Shown one piece after another: positions 47,580-60,216 of a stretch of DNA of 64,000 nt; the stretch's first letter is position 1; every line of letters starts with the position of its first letter. The notes below the pieces were generated by a model that did not search any database, was not told where the DNA came from, and was given only the letters and a program-made list of their open reading frames with translations. The translations under genes were made by a program, and so were the position numbers. Source of the DNA: Diadema antillarum (lineage: Eukaryota); contig NW_027270918.1 in NCBI RefSeq assembly GCF_040938485.1, positions 806,001 to 870,000 on the forward strand. Reading direction: 5' to 3'.

Positions 47580-48036
47580 ATATTTTATGAGGTGAAAGAT
47601 GAAATGATCCATTCAACGAGGCGCAGCCGTTGAATGAATCAATAATTTCATCTTTTGCCAAATGAAATATTGTCCATTGCACGAATGAAAAACATTTATT
47701 GTTTTATAGAGCACGTAAAATAGATCCTTGTCATTTGATGTTTTATGAATTTAGAAATGAGAGAATGTGTGGGATCTGAGATCGAGGGAGTACTCACTGA
47801 GCGTTTTACGCTAGCGAGCTTTCGCATATACACGTGTACACTGCATACGCAAGTGTGTTTCATGCGTAGTGTGCTGGGCTCTCGGCGTGCGTGCAATGGA
47901 GCAAATTGTACGGATCCAAGATTGCATGGTAAATGGAGCCACAATTGCACGAATGATGACGTAATGGTAAAATGGGACGAATGATCAATAGCAAACAACC
48001 AATCAAATGACAAGGATCTGTCTAGGTGTTATATAA
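47580..48036. mobile_element. Non-autonomous DNA element: 18-bp perfect inverted pair plus adjacent hairpin unit
   Basis: AGATCCTTGTCATTTGAT (47722-47739) / ATCAAATGACAAGGATCT (48002-48019); left hairpin AAGATGAAAT...TTCAACG...CGTTGAA...ATTTCATCTT. Confidence 0.55.
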
Positions 48037-49282
48037 ATGTATAATGAAGTGATCTGCCCATGATAAAAAACTATTACGATGAATACAATAGTGTATGAGA
48101 GATCTTTCACACCTGGTGAATTCATATCAAAGCCTACTGCTCAACTGCTCACGTATCTAGAGAAACCTGAACTCGGTTTATAAACAAAGGAACATTTTAG
48201 ACAATATAAATGTGTATGTCACATCATATGTACATAATTGATAGTGCCAAGTGTAGATTTGTGGAATCTATTGTGGTCATTGAGCAGAGAAACCAATAAT
48301 CTGAAAAACTAGGGCTCCTACTCTAATATCAATGAGTAGGTTCTGAGGGATTATCTCTCCAAATTTGGTGCTTTTATCCCCCGTGTAATGGTAATCTCAA
48401 ATTTTGATATTAAGCGACCCGACTATATGTGAAAATGCTATGTCATCATCCTTTCTAATTGTGATTTGCAATGAATGGTGAGAACATCCTTATTCCATAT
48501 CGTAATCACTATAAAAATTCTGAAACTCTGTACCCAGTACAACCAATTTATAGATGTTCAAAATGCAAGAGTCTGAAAATGGTTCAGAAATCTCCTTTTG
48601 ATCTGCCAGAGCCGAGTCGCTCTCTCAATTAGGGAGAGAGAGAGAGGACAAAAAAAAAAAAAGAAGACACAGTATGACTTGTCATTATAATTCCAATTTT
48701 ATTCTTGATGACCAATAACAGACATATCATCCACATACAAATTATATAAAATACACATGTGCATGTGGGTTTGCTGCACAACACTTTGAAGAGGGGAAAT
48801 TATTCTTTGTAAAGTATCAGTGGGACAACTTGCCAACACACTACAAAATGTACCACTCCACATGAAGACAGTACATGTATTGTTGCAATTGAAAACGTAT
48901 CCCAGTGGCATGAACAGTAAACTGACACAATCACTTGTGCAAAAGTCCCATCTTTTGTTTTAATTGAAAAATGGACACACACATCTGCATCAAACTTCCA
49001 AGTACATTATAGATGAGGCAGGCATACTTTTGTTTAATTTCTACTCAATATCTTAACAGTCTCCTCTGTAACTCAGATAATCTTTTCAAACTGCACTTGT
49101 TTGAATGCATTATTCTAGAGTTGCAAATTCCCACAATCAAAATCGCTGTGTTTCACTTGTGACAGAAATGACAACAGCTTCATTCTTCTGTGTTGACAAA
49201 GTCTGTCTGTGTACTGAATGCTGCCATGGAATTCTAATAATAAACCGCTGCTGGTGCCCATCGACACTGCATAGACAGAACA

Positions 49283-49543
49283 CAGGCCGGCGGAGCGTTT
49301 TCAAAAGTGTGGGGGCCCACTTCCGGGTTTCATGGGCTAACAAGCAAAAAAAAAAAAATAGAGAAAAAAAATCTCTATCTATTTCTATTAGTGCCACTTG
49401 CGTACTTCCGGGTTAAAAAAAGTGTGGGGGCCCAAAGTGATGACACCTTATGTATTCCTTTGTATGGTGTACAAAAAGTGGGGGGGGGGGGGGGGGGGGG
49501 GGGGGCCCGAGCCCCCACGGCCCCCATGGTTCCGCCGGCCATG
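49283..49543. mobile_element. G-tract MITE with CAGGCCGGCGGA / TCCGCCGGCCATG termini (hAT-like)
   Basis: TIRs plus internal direct repeats AAAAGTGTGGGGGCCCA and ACTTCCGGGTT. Confidence 0.65.
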
Positions 49544-51040
49544 GAACAAAGATGGCTCCCAGAGTAAGAGTACATACTGCAAAAGTGGAAGTCTTTGTAG
49601 TGTGGAAATTTTTGTGCGTGATTTCACGTGACATGAAACAAGCGCTGAAATGAAAGGGCGCAAACATTTTGCTTTTTGTTTCGCTTTTTTGTCATTTGCA
49701 GTTTCTTCACATTTGCCAGTCCTGTGGCGTGACTTTGTTGTCATTATGTGGACCACTTTCCTCTCATTGTAGTGTGTGCTGCCTTTATTCTCCATAGCAG
49801 CGATGAGCCATTTGAAGTACTCGCTATATGGTTGTGACGGTCAGTGAAAGTAGAAACATGCAAAATTTATCGTACTTCGCCGAGCATGAAAAAAACTTAG
49901 GAGAAAAATTCCACTTTTACAGTAACCCTTTCAGTGTTGAAAGTGACCCTTTGTTTGCAGTGTCAACAACATTGTTAGACGACTACCCTGGGAGGGCGCA
50001 ATATCAGCTAACTGCAGTCGACCTTTGCATCATACAAAAAAACCCTCGTATTTACTCTTCAAATTGCTCTTGTTGGCTACTACCCTTGCGTATGATTAAG
50101 CCATGGCTTTAAGATACACCTGTATATCTCCTCACATGTACAGGCAGAATCAAACTAACCAACTGCCACAATGCTGAGCTAAACTCACTTTATACAAAAC
50201 AATTGGTTTCACAGCTCAACTTGGCGAGACAACTTTTGACGCATCACAGAAATTTGCAATAATCTGCAACTGATTTTTTTTTTTTTTCTGAAGAAAATAT
50301 TTGAATGAAAGAGTGCCCACTTTGCAAATGGTATGACTTGCAAATGATTTGACAATGCTTATAATACAATCAGGTCCACAGCCTGAGAGTCAATTTTTCA
50401 CTGACAGGCCTCTGCTTGGATCCATTTTTACTTGCATTTGATCCTTCACGTGCATTTTTTTTTTTTGCTGGCCATTCATCGCAGATGTTCTAAGAATATC
50501 TCAGTATTTCCATGTGCATTATGATGTTCTCCAAATGGGACCATCTCATTATGCCTGGCTGTTTGCATTTTGTTAAGGTTTGGGGGAAATTAACCCAATG
50601 CTTGAAAGAATGCTTCTCAAGTTGCAGCCAAGCATGCGGGCTGATGTGCTAGTTGGTGAATAGAGCATTGCGAAGGTTAAAGTGACGGAAAACTTCCCCC
50701 TGCGGTTGTCATCAAATCTGACGGAGCACAATTGAGAGAGCATCAAAATGATACAAAATCGTTTTCTTGAGAGCAAGAAGGGTACAAAATACCAGACAAG
50801 TCTTTGGCTTCTCAGTGGACACTATGTGAGCCAAAATTTAGAGAATGCAAGAAGGTCCTTCCAGCAATGCGAGACAGATTTCTTGCCGTGGAAAATCAAC
50901 ATGCAGCATGCTGCTGAAAAGCTGGGATCGGTTCAAACACATTGAGCGCGTTTGTTGCGGCACAACTCAAAAAAATACAGAGAAGGAGGCTCTACATTAT
51001 AAATACACTGTACAGAGATTCCCCAGTCCCCCCTCCATCA

Positions 51041-51172
51041 TTATACAATCATCTCCAGCTCCTTGGCGTAGTCTATAGCCTGCAGCGCCAGTTCGTAGGA
51101 TGGGATGACGTCATCCGCCTTCTTGTCCTCCTTGAAGTGAAAGTAGTTGTCGCTGCCGAGTTCCCAGCCCCT
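51041..51172 (-). CDS. PSMD8: PSMD8 exon 7 (last coding)
   Basis: [11 protein letters not shown]...[11 protein letters not shown]. Confidence 0.95.
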   Translation of the reverse strand, partial: RGWELGSDNYFHFKEDKKADDVIPSYELALQAIDYAKELEMIV

Positions 51173-54100
51173 CTGTGTGTGGAGAGAGGAGTAACAGGTC
51201 AAAGGTCATACACAAAGGACATTTCCACATAATGTCATCCTAGGTAAGGGCCACAGCTTTATAATCTTCTATCACGATAATGGTCTCGGTTCCTACATAA
51301 GAAATCATCTACATGCTTTTCAGCAGAAATTGGCAAGTTTAAAGCTCTGCCAAATAGATGCAATAACCCGCAAGGTGCAATTATGACCACTACAAATTTC
51401 ACCATTGGATTCCCTAACCTGCCAGAGTAATTTCCTAGGGTTTTTGGAACGTCTCCCCCCCCCCCCCAACAAGCTATCTACTCAATTTGCTAAACTTTCA
51501 TAACATTATATTACTGCATGAGTTTGTGGCAAAAAAAAAGAAGAAGTGGGAGAAGAAGTGCAAAATTGATACAAAGAAAGTAGCAGTGTTATATCAAAAT
51601 ACATAAAAGTAAAACAAACCAAGTACCAGCAAGGTACTGTAAAATGAGGAATGTTCGCATGCATTTTAATTTTGTGAATTTCGCGAGCGGCAACATTCGC
51701 AAAATTAAATGCACGCAAAAGTTCTTGCCTACACAATATGCATATGCTAGTGGCAAGTTGTGAAAATTTCATGCTGCGAGAAAGGCTGTCGGCTCCAATT
51801 CGCGAAATTTTCATGCCACGAATATATCGTGTTTTAGAGTAAGTCATCTCTGCTTGTGTACTACAATACAATAGTACGAAGTAGCTTATGCCAGCTGATG
51901 GGTTTCTATTATTGACAAGTGGCCCTCACAAGCTCTAACAACACTATAATTTACACAAGTATTATATTCTACAGAGACGTAAATATGCTATGGATATTAT
52001 ACGTAATATTTTATGTCATAATATCTATTTCTGTGATTGTACTCAATCTGTGTACAAGTGACACGCTGGCTCTTTATTAGGTGCGTGTCATTACATATGA
52101 AATATGAGACAATTCTAGCAAGAATACAACTTTTGGTCACACACTGGCCAATGCACACCAATGCAAGTCAGAATGTGGGGTACAGCGGGCACTTCACCTC
52201 TTTGGCAAAGGTCTTCACGTCTGGCAGAGAGGTGATGAACAGGAGTCTGGCGCCCTCTTGGATGGAAATCTTTGTGTAGGCCTTTTCCACGCAGGCGGCG
52301 ATCTCCCGCTGGATCGTCTCCAGTAGGATGTCCATGAAGACGCGGTAGCTGTCCGCCGGAACGTTGCCCTTGGCCAGAAACACCTGTTGTTGTGAAGAGA
52401 GGGGGGAGGACCAGAGGGAAAGATTGACCATCATAGATTGGAGAGAAGTGAAGAAATACATGATGAGACACAAATGTGGGATATGGACAGTGTATGTCGC
52501 CATGTAGATGACAACATTTGATTGCGGATTGTATGTGCAATATCTATGGGGAAAGTTGTCCTCACTGGCAGAGCATTGCAAGGTCTTACCCAGAAAGAAA
52601 TTAAGTTTGCTACAGAATACTTAGTTGGTAAGAGTGCTGCATTCAACATCCTTTGACCAAAGGCCAATAAAATGCACTGACATGTGAAACATACATTTCT
52701 CGATCTTGCGAGTATGGAAAGATACCTTAAGCATTTACATTCGTTGAAGAGAAGAAATGAAGAAAGCAAGTATGTGCCTACAATGGGAAACCCACCTTGT
52801 TATAGCTCCCCTCCATGAGGTACTGTTCCATGGACACAGGGTGTTTGATGTAAATATTGCTCTGTATGTCCTTAGCAGGTAATAATTCAAGCTCCTGGAG
52901 AAAAAGAAAAAATAGAAACAAAACAGGAAAAAACTCATCAGTCTTAAAACAATCCATATTTTTACAAAACTTCTGTACAATCTGTACATAAATTGATTGT
53001 GGAAAACTTGTAGTGGGTAACTTGTAGTGGGTAACTACGGTTTGCGCAACTGACTATGAAGAGTTTTCAAGTAAGATGGAATGATGCAAATCATTAATTT
53101 AAACTGTATGTCCAAGCTGTAAAAGTTGACATCTGCCATTTACTAAATCACCAACGATAATCAAATTCCAAACTATAAACACACTGCGTAACACAAAAAT
53201 ATCTTGCAATTCGGAGTCGAATTCAGGCAGTTCCATTTTTTATGATCTTTAGATGCTTATCAAATTATACAGGAAACACAATCAAAGATTTAATTCTATT
53301 TTGATATTTGGGTTTGTTAAGCAAATATTGGTGCATAATAACATTATGTTGTTTCTGAATATTGAGACTGAACTCTCTGTATGTCAGAACTTTGCCTGAA
53401 AACTCACTGTGTGGAATTCTGCTAATCTGTTCTGTGCAAGCAACCTGAGGAGATTCAGACCGAGCAGCTCATATCTGTATGGTGAGTCTGGCATACTCTC
53501 CCTGAATGTTGAAAAAACAAACAGAACAAAACAATGACAGAAAACAAAGGAAATGTCCCATTACAGTCTGTATATTGCTATCATATTGCTCATATGCATT
53601 GTTAATGGATGGTTGGTAATCAGACAACATTAACTGATTTTCAACTTCAACCTACAAAGTTTTCTACAAAATTATCAACTAGACTGAAACACTATGCCTA
53701 AATATCAGTACTTTGTTGTTGACAAGGTGCTTTTCTACAATGTTACAGTTTTCAAACCACTTTACAATACGTACTTTTAACTAATAAAAGCCTACTAATA
53801 CATAAACGTTTAGATATCAAACATGTTTAAGTTTGAATACGTCACTTTGTTAAAAACAACTAAATGTGCTTGGAATGTTCTCAACTCAAAAACTCATTTG
53901 ATATGTTAATTTGTCCACACAAAACCCCCCCTAAACAATCAGTTTCTAATAAAAGTAAACATTCATAACTCTTACAAATAGCCACACAAAAAATTAATTC
54001 GATAACATTACAAAGCCAATCCTACTACGTAAAAGGCACGTAATCACATCTTGAAAACTCAGTAACAATAACCACATAAATAATGTAAGAAATGATACAA

Positions 54101-57100
54101 CTTAATTGATTCTGACTGATATTGTCTTGCTCTGGAATATTATCAGTTTCATCCTTGCTTCTACATGTAAGACGGTGATCTTTAAGCAATATTCCAATCC
54201 CCCTATATCCCTACAAAACACACATAGAAACCAACTGTATTTATGGTCATTGTCAGTTGTTGTACATACCTGAAGTCAAAGTAGTATGGTTTGAGTTGTG
54301 CCATGTATCTCTCAAAGCTCTGAACGTCCCGAACGCTCACACTCCATTTAACCCCAATTTCCAGCACTTCTCCTGCCACACACATGAAGAAATAGAGGTT
54401 AACATTTACTTTTGATGGATGGTCTACATGTTGCTCAGTGCAAAAATACAGAACACAGTATTACGGAAATACAAGATGAAGAGAGAAAAATTACATACAG
54501 TGTAATGCCTTAAAAGCAATAAATAAATAAACAAACAAATGGATAAAGAAAAGAATAAACAGAATGGATAAATAAAAGAATGGATATATACACAATTTAA
54601 GATTGACTAAAAATTATGGCATGAAGTATGTGTCTTCAACGATATTCTTACTTCCAAAAATTAAAATGACAAGTTTTAATACTTTCATGCAGCCATTAAT
54701 ATACAAAATGAAATTAGAGATGAAGGTATTTTTCTGCAAATTTTCATAACAATTTGAAGTCAATTCTGAAAACATTTCAAAAGTAAAAGTGAACAAGGAA
54801 ACCAATGGCACACAATAATCTTTAGTTCATCTTAAGTTTTATGATGAACTTAAATTCTCTGTGACACACCCCCTGGTTTGTTTCTAGTCTCAAGCAGGAG
54901 TGACAATTTGCACATTTCTAGTGATGACAGAATAATACATTTCCTCTTCACCAAACATTTCCATTCAACTAGAGTTGGTAAATATAATTGTTTGTTTCCT
55001 TTGTTTTGTTTTGCTTGCTAGATTTTTTACCCATATTCCCATCAAAAAGTTGCTAGCAGGCTGTAGGTCATGAGGTCACCTGCTCACTCTGAAGTCTGAA
55101 TTTCTAAAATTTCAATATGATCAGGCCCTGTTTTAAGAAGAGTTAAATTTTTTATCATAAAGTTGATTTCTATCATATGTACAACATGTATATTGCAGCC
55201 TGTGTGTTATCTTTTGATAAAACAGGGCCCTGGCCTTAGAGAACACGTAAAAGTATACATGTACTGAACTTGAACAGGGATAAGGGTTTCAAATCTACAG
55301 CAACCTTACATGATGTATTAGAAATTAAATCGAGCAAAATTTAACAGGGAAGATGGTCCTTATATGTACAAGGAGCAAGCAAAGGTTAAAAACAGAACAG
55401 GCTACTAACTGACATCATCATGATACATATGCAGAAGTATATTTCCATCTGTGAAACTACAGCTGTTCAAACTTCTTCTTTCTGCTTAATGCAGAGGAGA
55501 GAAAACACATCACTAGTCTACATACATTGTTACAATTTATGTCAAAGGTCGTATTATCACTGCTCTAACAAACAGTAACAACAAAAACAAATAAACACAA
55601 CACAACACCACCAACATAACTCACTTGCAATAAGGAGTTCCTTTTGACTGGGTTGACTGCTGCTTGTTGGGAGAAATGACAAATTCAGCAATGCCAGCTG
55701 CAGACAGAAATTGGAAAAAGCTGTGAGGTGAGCAGACTGCATGTTGTACAGAAGATCAAAGAATGACAAAGTTAGGGGCATCAACATTTTTTTTTTGGAT
55801 ACATTTTCCAATAATTGCTCTATCTTGATTTATACTATCAATTTTTTTAATCAATGAATAGTTTGATAACTTTTCTTTTTGTCTTCATCAACAAATGAAA
55901 TATGAATTTGTGTGTGAGTTTTGAAATGAGGTGTATTACAAATTAACATGTACATATTTCTTTACTGACAAGCTTTGGAAGGATACCAAATTTATACTCT
56001 GCAACTGAAAAAAAAAAGTTTTAAAGGGACTGTACAGTACTGGTTGAGGTGGGGATTCATGTTTTGAACATTCTTAAGTGAGATAATGAGAAACCTCTTA
56101 TGAAATATGAAAGAGCATGTCATTTTAAAAAGGATTCAACGTTTGTTTGATGAAAATTGGTTTTCAAATGGCTGAGATATCCAAAAAAGTGATAATAATA
56201 AAAGGCGACATGCCACAACTTTATTAGGATCTCTTTGTTTCACCTTGTTTTTGGATATCTCAGCCATTTCAAAACCGATTTTCATCAAATAAACTTTTGA
56301 TAACCCTTAGAATTGCATGCTCTTTGACATCTCATAGAGTGGTTTCTGAATATCTCGCAAAACATAAAAAGCTTATCCTCACCTCGACCAGAACTGTACA
56401 CACCCTTTAAAATTTTTTTAGTACATGTATGTATTATCAGAAAAGAGTCATTACTCAATGTTTTGCTTTGGAACTATAAAAAAATTAGTACCACAAATAA
56501 CAATAAAACTGGCAAATCTTGGTCAAATCTGAAGATAAAGCTGATTTATTTAAGCACCATTGTGCTTCTTTTTTTTTTTCCCAAGCTTTCCAGTGATACC
56601 ATATTTCTGTATTATAAACTGCAACTAGAAAAACTAAATTGGAAAGAAGTCACTAATCACTGTTTGGCTATTGAAATTTGCAGAGGTAAATTACAAATGA
56701 TAATAAAGATTGCATATCTTGGTACAATTCAAAGACCTGAAATAGATGATTTGTGACCCGCTACAACAAAATAGTCCTAAAGTCGTGCACGGTCGAAGCA
56801 GTGAAAATCGAGTTTGAAGTTAGAGCATCAAAATCGGTCAAAACTTACGATTTTCTGAATTTGACATATTATTAGAGTCTGACATGTCTTCTATCATCTG
56901 TCGAAATTTTGAAGCAAAATGATGAAAGGAAAGACCAAAAAATAGCGTTTTTCTGGGCCATGTTTTTTTGGCGTTTCAACGAAGCAGAAACTGGTTCGAA
57001 CATTTGGATTGAGCGCCACACATAGGCTCCGCCCCTAACAACGACCAGAGTGATCTCATTGGTCAGTTTGCTGCTTGCCGCTAACCGAAGCGTGAAGCTC

Positions 57101-57594
57101 GCACACTGCCCAGTCGACTGGTGCGTGCGGGCGGGTTGCGCTATGCCTAGCCACTTCTCCTGACATCCTGGTCACTGATTGGTCGGTGAGGAGACCGCCG
57201 ACGCTGTGTTTGAATGAGCATTTCGGGGGTTGCTAGGGCTTAACTTCTATTGTCCGGAGGTGAATACTGACTTGCGTGTCTCTTGATTGTGATTGCGTCG
57301 CAAGGAGAACTTTTAGGGCGCTTTTCTAGAAACAGTGATTTCCCAGACGTCTTGACATGCTCTCTTTTAAACATTGATACAATTGTATCTCCGCAGCCGA
57401 TTATTTTTATGAGACGTGTTATATATCAATTTAAAGCAGAAAGATTAGGGAATTGTGTCATGCAATTTTCAAATAATCGACCTCGCCCGACTTTAGGATC
57501 ATTTTGTTGTAGCGGGTCACATTTAAGCATCCTTAGACCTTGTGCTTCTTTTTTCGATAATCTTTCCAGTGGAATGCGTATGGAAAAAATAGAT

Positions 57595-57634
<40 letters not shown>

Positions 57635-59849
57635 CTTTAAAGGACAAGTTCACCTTCATAAGCATAAGGATTGAGAGAATGCAACAATATTAGTAGAACA
57701 TATCATTGAAAGTTTGAGGAAAATTGGACAATCGATGCAAAAGTTATGAATTTTTAAAATTTTTGTTTTGGAACCGCTGGATGAGGAGACTACTACAGCT
57801 TGTGAGTCATATGCGTACAACAGTATAAAGAAAATATAAAGAAAATTCAACATATTTTCACTTTTTTCGCATAATAAAAGAGCACCTGACTTGCCTCTTT
57901 CTAAAGGCAGAGGGAATAATATTACCCATAACATTTGTCGGTAACGAGTCGAGGTAATGTGTACTTTTTTCAAAAGATGAAATTTTGTGAAATTCTCTTT
58001 ATATTTTCCTTATATTGTTGTACGCATGTGACATCTAAGTTTTTCACACACTGCAGTAGTCTTCTCATCCAGCGGTTACTGCACAAAAACTTCAAAAATT
58101 CATAACTTTTGAACGGACTGTCCGATTTTCCTCAAACTTTCAATGATGTGTTCTACTAATATTGCTACATTCTCTCAATCCTTATGTTTATGAAGGTGAA
58201 CTTGTCCTTTAAAAAAAAAAATAGAATACAGTAGATATTACTCATCATTTGGGTATTGAACTTTGCAGAGGAAAGTACTAAAACTTGCATAGGGTCTACA
58301 AATAAAGTAGGTTGGTCATTCTGAAGATCGGAGCTGACAGAAACATTGACCAAAAGATCGGTCTGTATCTTGTCGGGAATATGTTCAGCGAAGACTGCAT
58401 CTGGCTTTATGGAATCCTCTTATACAGAGGAGAGCCATAAATGTAAAAAAAAAAAAACCCAGATAAAAAACTCCTCCACACAGACAGATTCTTCTGTCTA
58501 TTTAGAAACATGAAGCTTCCCAATGAATGATACTAATTTCTGTAGTTGCATGTTCAGTTCAATGTAAGTGAAGGATTTTCCCCAACGTATTAAAACTTGG
58601 ACACCCCATCACCATACTATAGGGTATCCAAGTTTTTGTTCGGTTAGAAAACAGTCCTTCATTTACATTGAACTGAACAATTATAACTCTATTGTTAGAT
58701 TTCACACTAATAAACACTATTAAATTATTAAATTACATAATGAATTTAGATCTACTGTACCAATCATCATGATCATAGAGACCTAGACTCTACCGTCTCT
58801 TGACCGACAAGTCTGTCTACAGTCTAATTCCGCGAAAAACTTATTATTTTCTCCACTCCTTTGCAGCGCTCCCCAATTCATCGCTGCCTTCGTTTGAAAA
58901 ATGAGCGCACGAACATCTCTGGCAAGCCAAATGCTCCATACAATCACTATATCGGTACACTTACGTTTATTGACTAAAGTACTACTACTAGTAAGTTGTT
59001 CGAGCACTAAATTTAACTTCGTAATATTGTGAATGAGCATTTGGCTTGCCATAGAAGTGGAGGAAACAGTGGAAGAGGTGAGTCGAAATGTTTACTGATT
59101 AATCTTGTATATATTTTGTCCATATTGGTTTGAAAACCAAGCTGGAAAAAAATAATAATAACCATTTTTATGCAGGGGGAACTGGGTCGAAGTTGCGTTT
59201 CAGCCAGAACGGTGGAAACTGTCGCAATGGAGTATGTATCAATGGTGTCTGTCTAAGAAGCGAAAAACTGACCCAGCAAATGTCATTATTATAAATGAGA
59301 AGTTTTTCCAGGAATTACACAGACTTGTCGGTCAAAACCGTCTCTAACGACTATAACGTAACAGTTAGTCATTAGACTGATTTGCCAACTTTGAAGGGTT
59401 AGGCCCCTAGCCCTACTAACTATTCAGACAACTAAATTTCCTGTGTTCTTTACAAATAACAACAAACCTTGCATATCTCTGACAAGCTTCAAGTATCAGA
59501 AAATAGAATTTAGACCAGCTTATCACTCTGCTTATCAATCAATGCTATCATGATAATGATGGCCTAACGTTAGATAGCTAGATTCTTACCAGCGATTGAT
59601 CTGTCGTTTCACACAAATTTTAAAGTACATGGGACTACGGGAAACAGTGAGTCAGCTTTTCACAACACCAACTATTATCGCATATAAACGATCAGACAAA
59701 GAGAGAGAGGGGTATAAAATGCTTGCATATGATATACTCACTTTCAGCTTACTGAGGATATCGCCACATTTTGCTAAATCTGGAGATTTCTTCTTCCATT
59801 CTTTGTTCAAACTTTGATACATCGCCACTGTTTCCTTCAAAGATGCCAT
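51041..59849 (-). CDS. PSMD8: 26S proteasome non-ATPase regulatory subunit 8 (Rpn12); 7 exons, 795 nt, 264 aa
   Basis: Exons 59849-59742, 55697-55625, 54372-54270, 53501-53408, 52894-52796, 52383-52198, 51172-51041 are GT-AG and in frame. Motifs: [60 protein letters not shown]. Confidence 0.96.
51635..51841. mobile_element. TA-flanked TACTGTAAA-type MITE (Tc1/mariner-like)
   Basis: TACTGTAAAA...TTTTAGAGTA with TTCGCGA/TTCGCAAAA subrepeats. Confidence 0.6.
52198..52383 (-). CDS. PSMD8: PSMD8 exon 6
   Basis: [13 protein letters not shown]...[10 protein letters not shown]...KTFAKE. Confidence 0.95.
52796..52894 (-). CDS. PSMD8: PSMD8 exon 5
   Basis: [33 protein letters not shown]. Confidence 0.95.
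53408..53501 (-). CDS. PSMD8: PSMD8 exon 4
   Basis: [31 protein letters not shown]; not in the ORF track. Confidence 0.95.
54270..54372 (-). CDS. PSMD8: PSMD8 exon 3
   Basis: [10 protein letters not shown]...[16 protein letters not shown]. Confidence 0.95.
55625..55697 (-). CDS. PSMD8: PSMD8 exon 2
   Basis: [24 protein letters not shown]. Confidence 0.92.
56025..56406. mobile_element. Family A Kolobok-like MITE, intact
   Basis: TTAA|AGGGACTGTACAGTACTGGTTGAGGTG...CACCTCGACCAGAACTGTACACACCCT|TTAA with long inverted arms. Confidence 0.85.
56753..57520. mobile_element. MITE with GTGACCC termini and ATTT target duplication (Sola1-like), CpG-rich interior
   Basis: ATTT|GTGACCCGCTACAACAAAATAGTCCTAAAGTCG...CGACTTTAGGATCATTTTGTTGTAGCGGGTCAC|ATTT. 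Confidence 0.8.
57641..58208. mobile_element. Family C MITE, second near-identical copy, 568 bp
   Basis: Same TIRs and TTAA; about 20 differences from 41966-42534 counted by eye. Confidence 0.92.
58552..58678. repeat. Small palindromic element
   Basis: GTTCAGTTCAATGTAAGTGAAGGA / TCCTTCATTTACATTGAACTGAAC; AAAACTTGGA / TCCAAGTTTT. Confidence 0.6.
59742..59849 (-). CDS. PSMD8: PSMD8 exon 1
   Basis: [18 protein letters not shown]...SKLK; donor GTGAGT. Confidence 0.9.
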
Positions 59850-60160
59850 TTTCACACTTCCATGCACCAGTCTGGAATACTGCCATCTATGTTGACTGCA
59901 CACGCAGGTACCACATCACATCACATCACATCCATCCAATTTATACTTCAGTGCTCATGCATATTGCACTCAACTCAGCTCAGTCAGTCGGTGTCGGGGT
60001 ATAGCGGTGCTGTTTTTACCAGGTCCAGTCCAGCAGGCCGGGATAGGGTACAGAGCAGTAGGCCTACAGATCCTACTTTTCAAAGCCAGAAATCTTGCTG
60101 AATCAACCATCTCCTGCCACCCCAGCAAATTTGTCGTGTAGGCCTAAAATCGAATCAAGC
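59850..60160. promoter_or_regulatory. Shared bidirectional promoter / 5'UTR region of PSMD8 and FAM98
   Basis: Divergent start codons 312 bp apart. Confidence 0.75.
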
Positions 60161-60216
60161 ATGGGATCTCTGAGCGCCCAGGAATGTGACATCTTGGACA
60201 GCTTGGATGATTTAGG
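60161..60216 (+). CDS. FAM98: FAM98 coding exon 1
   Basis: ATG...DILDSLDDL-GG|GTGAGA, phase 2. Confidence 0.85.
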
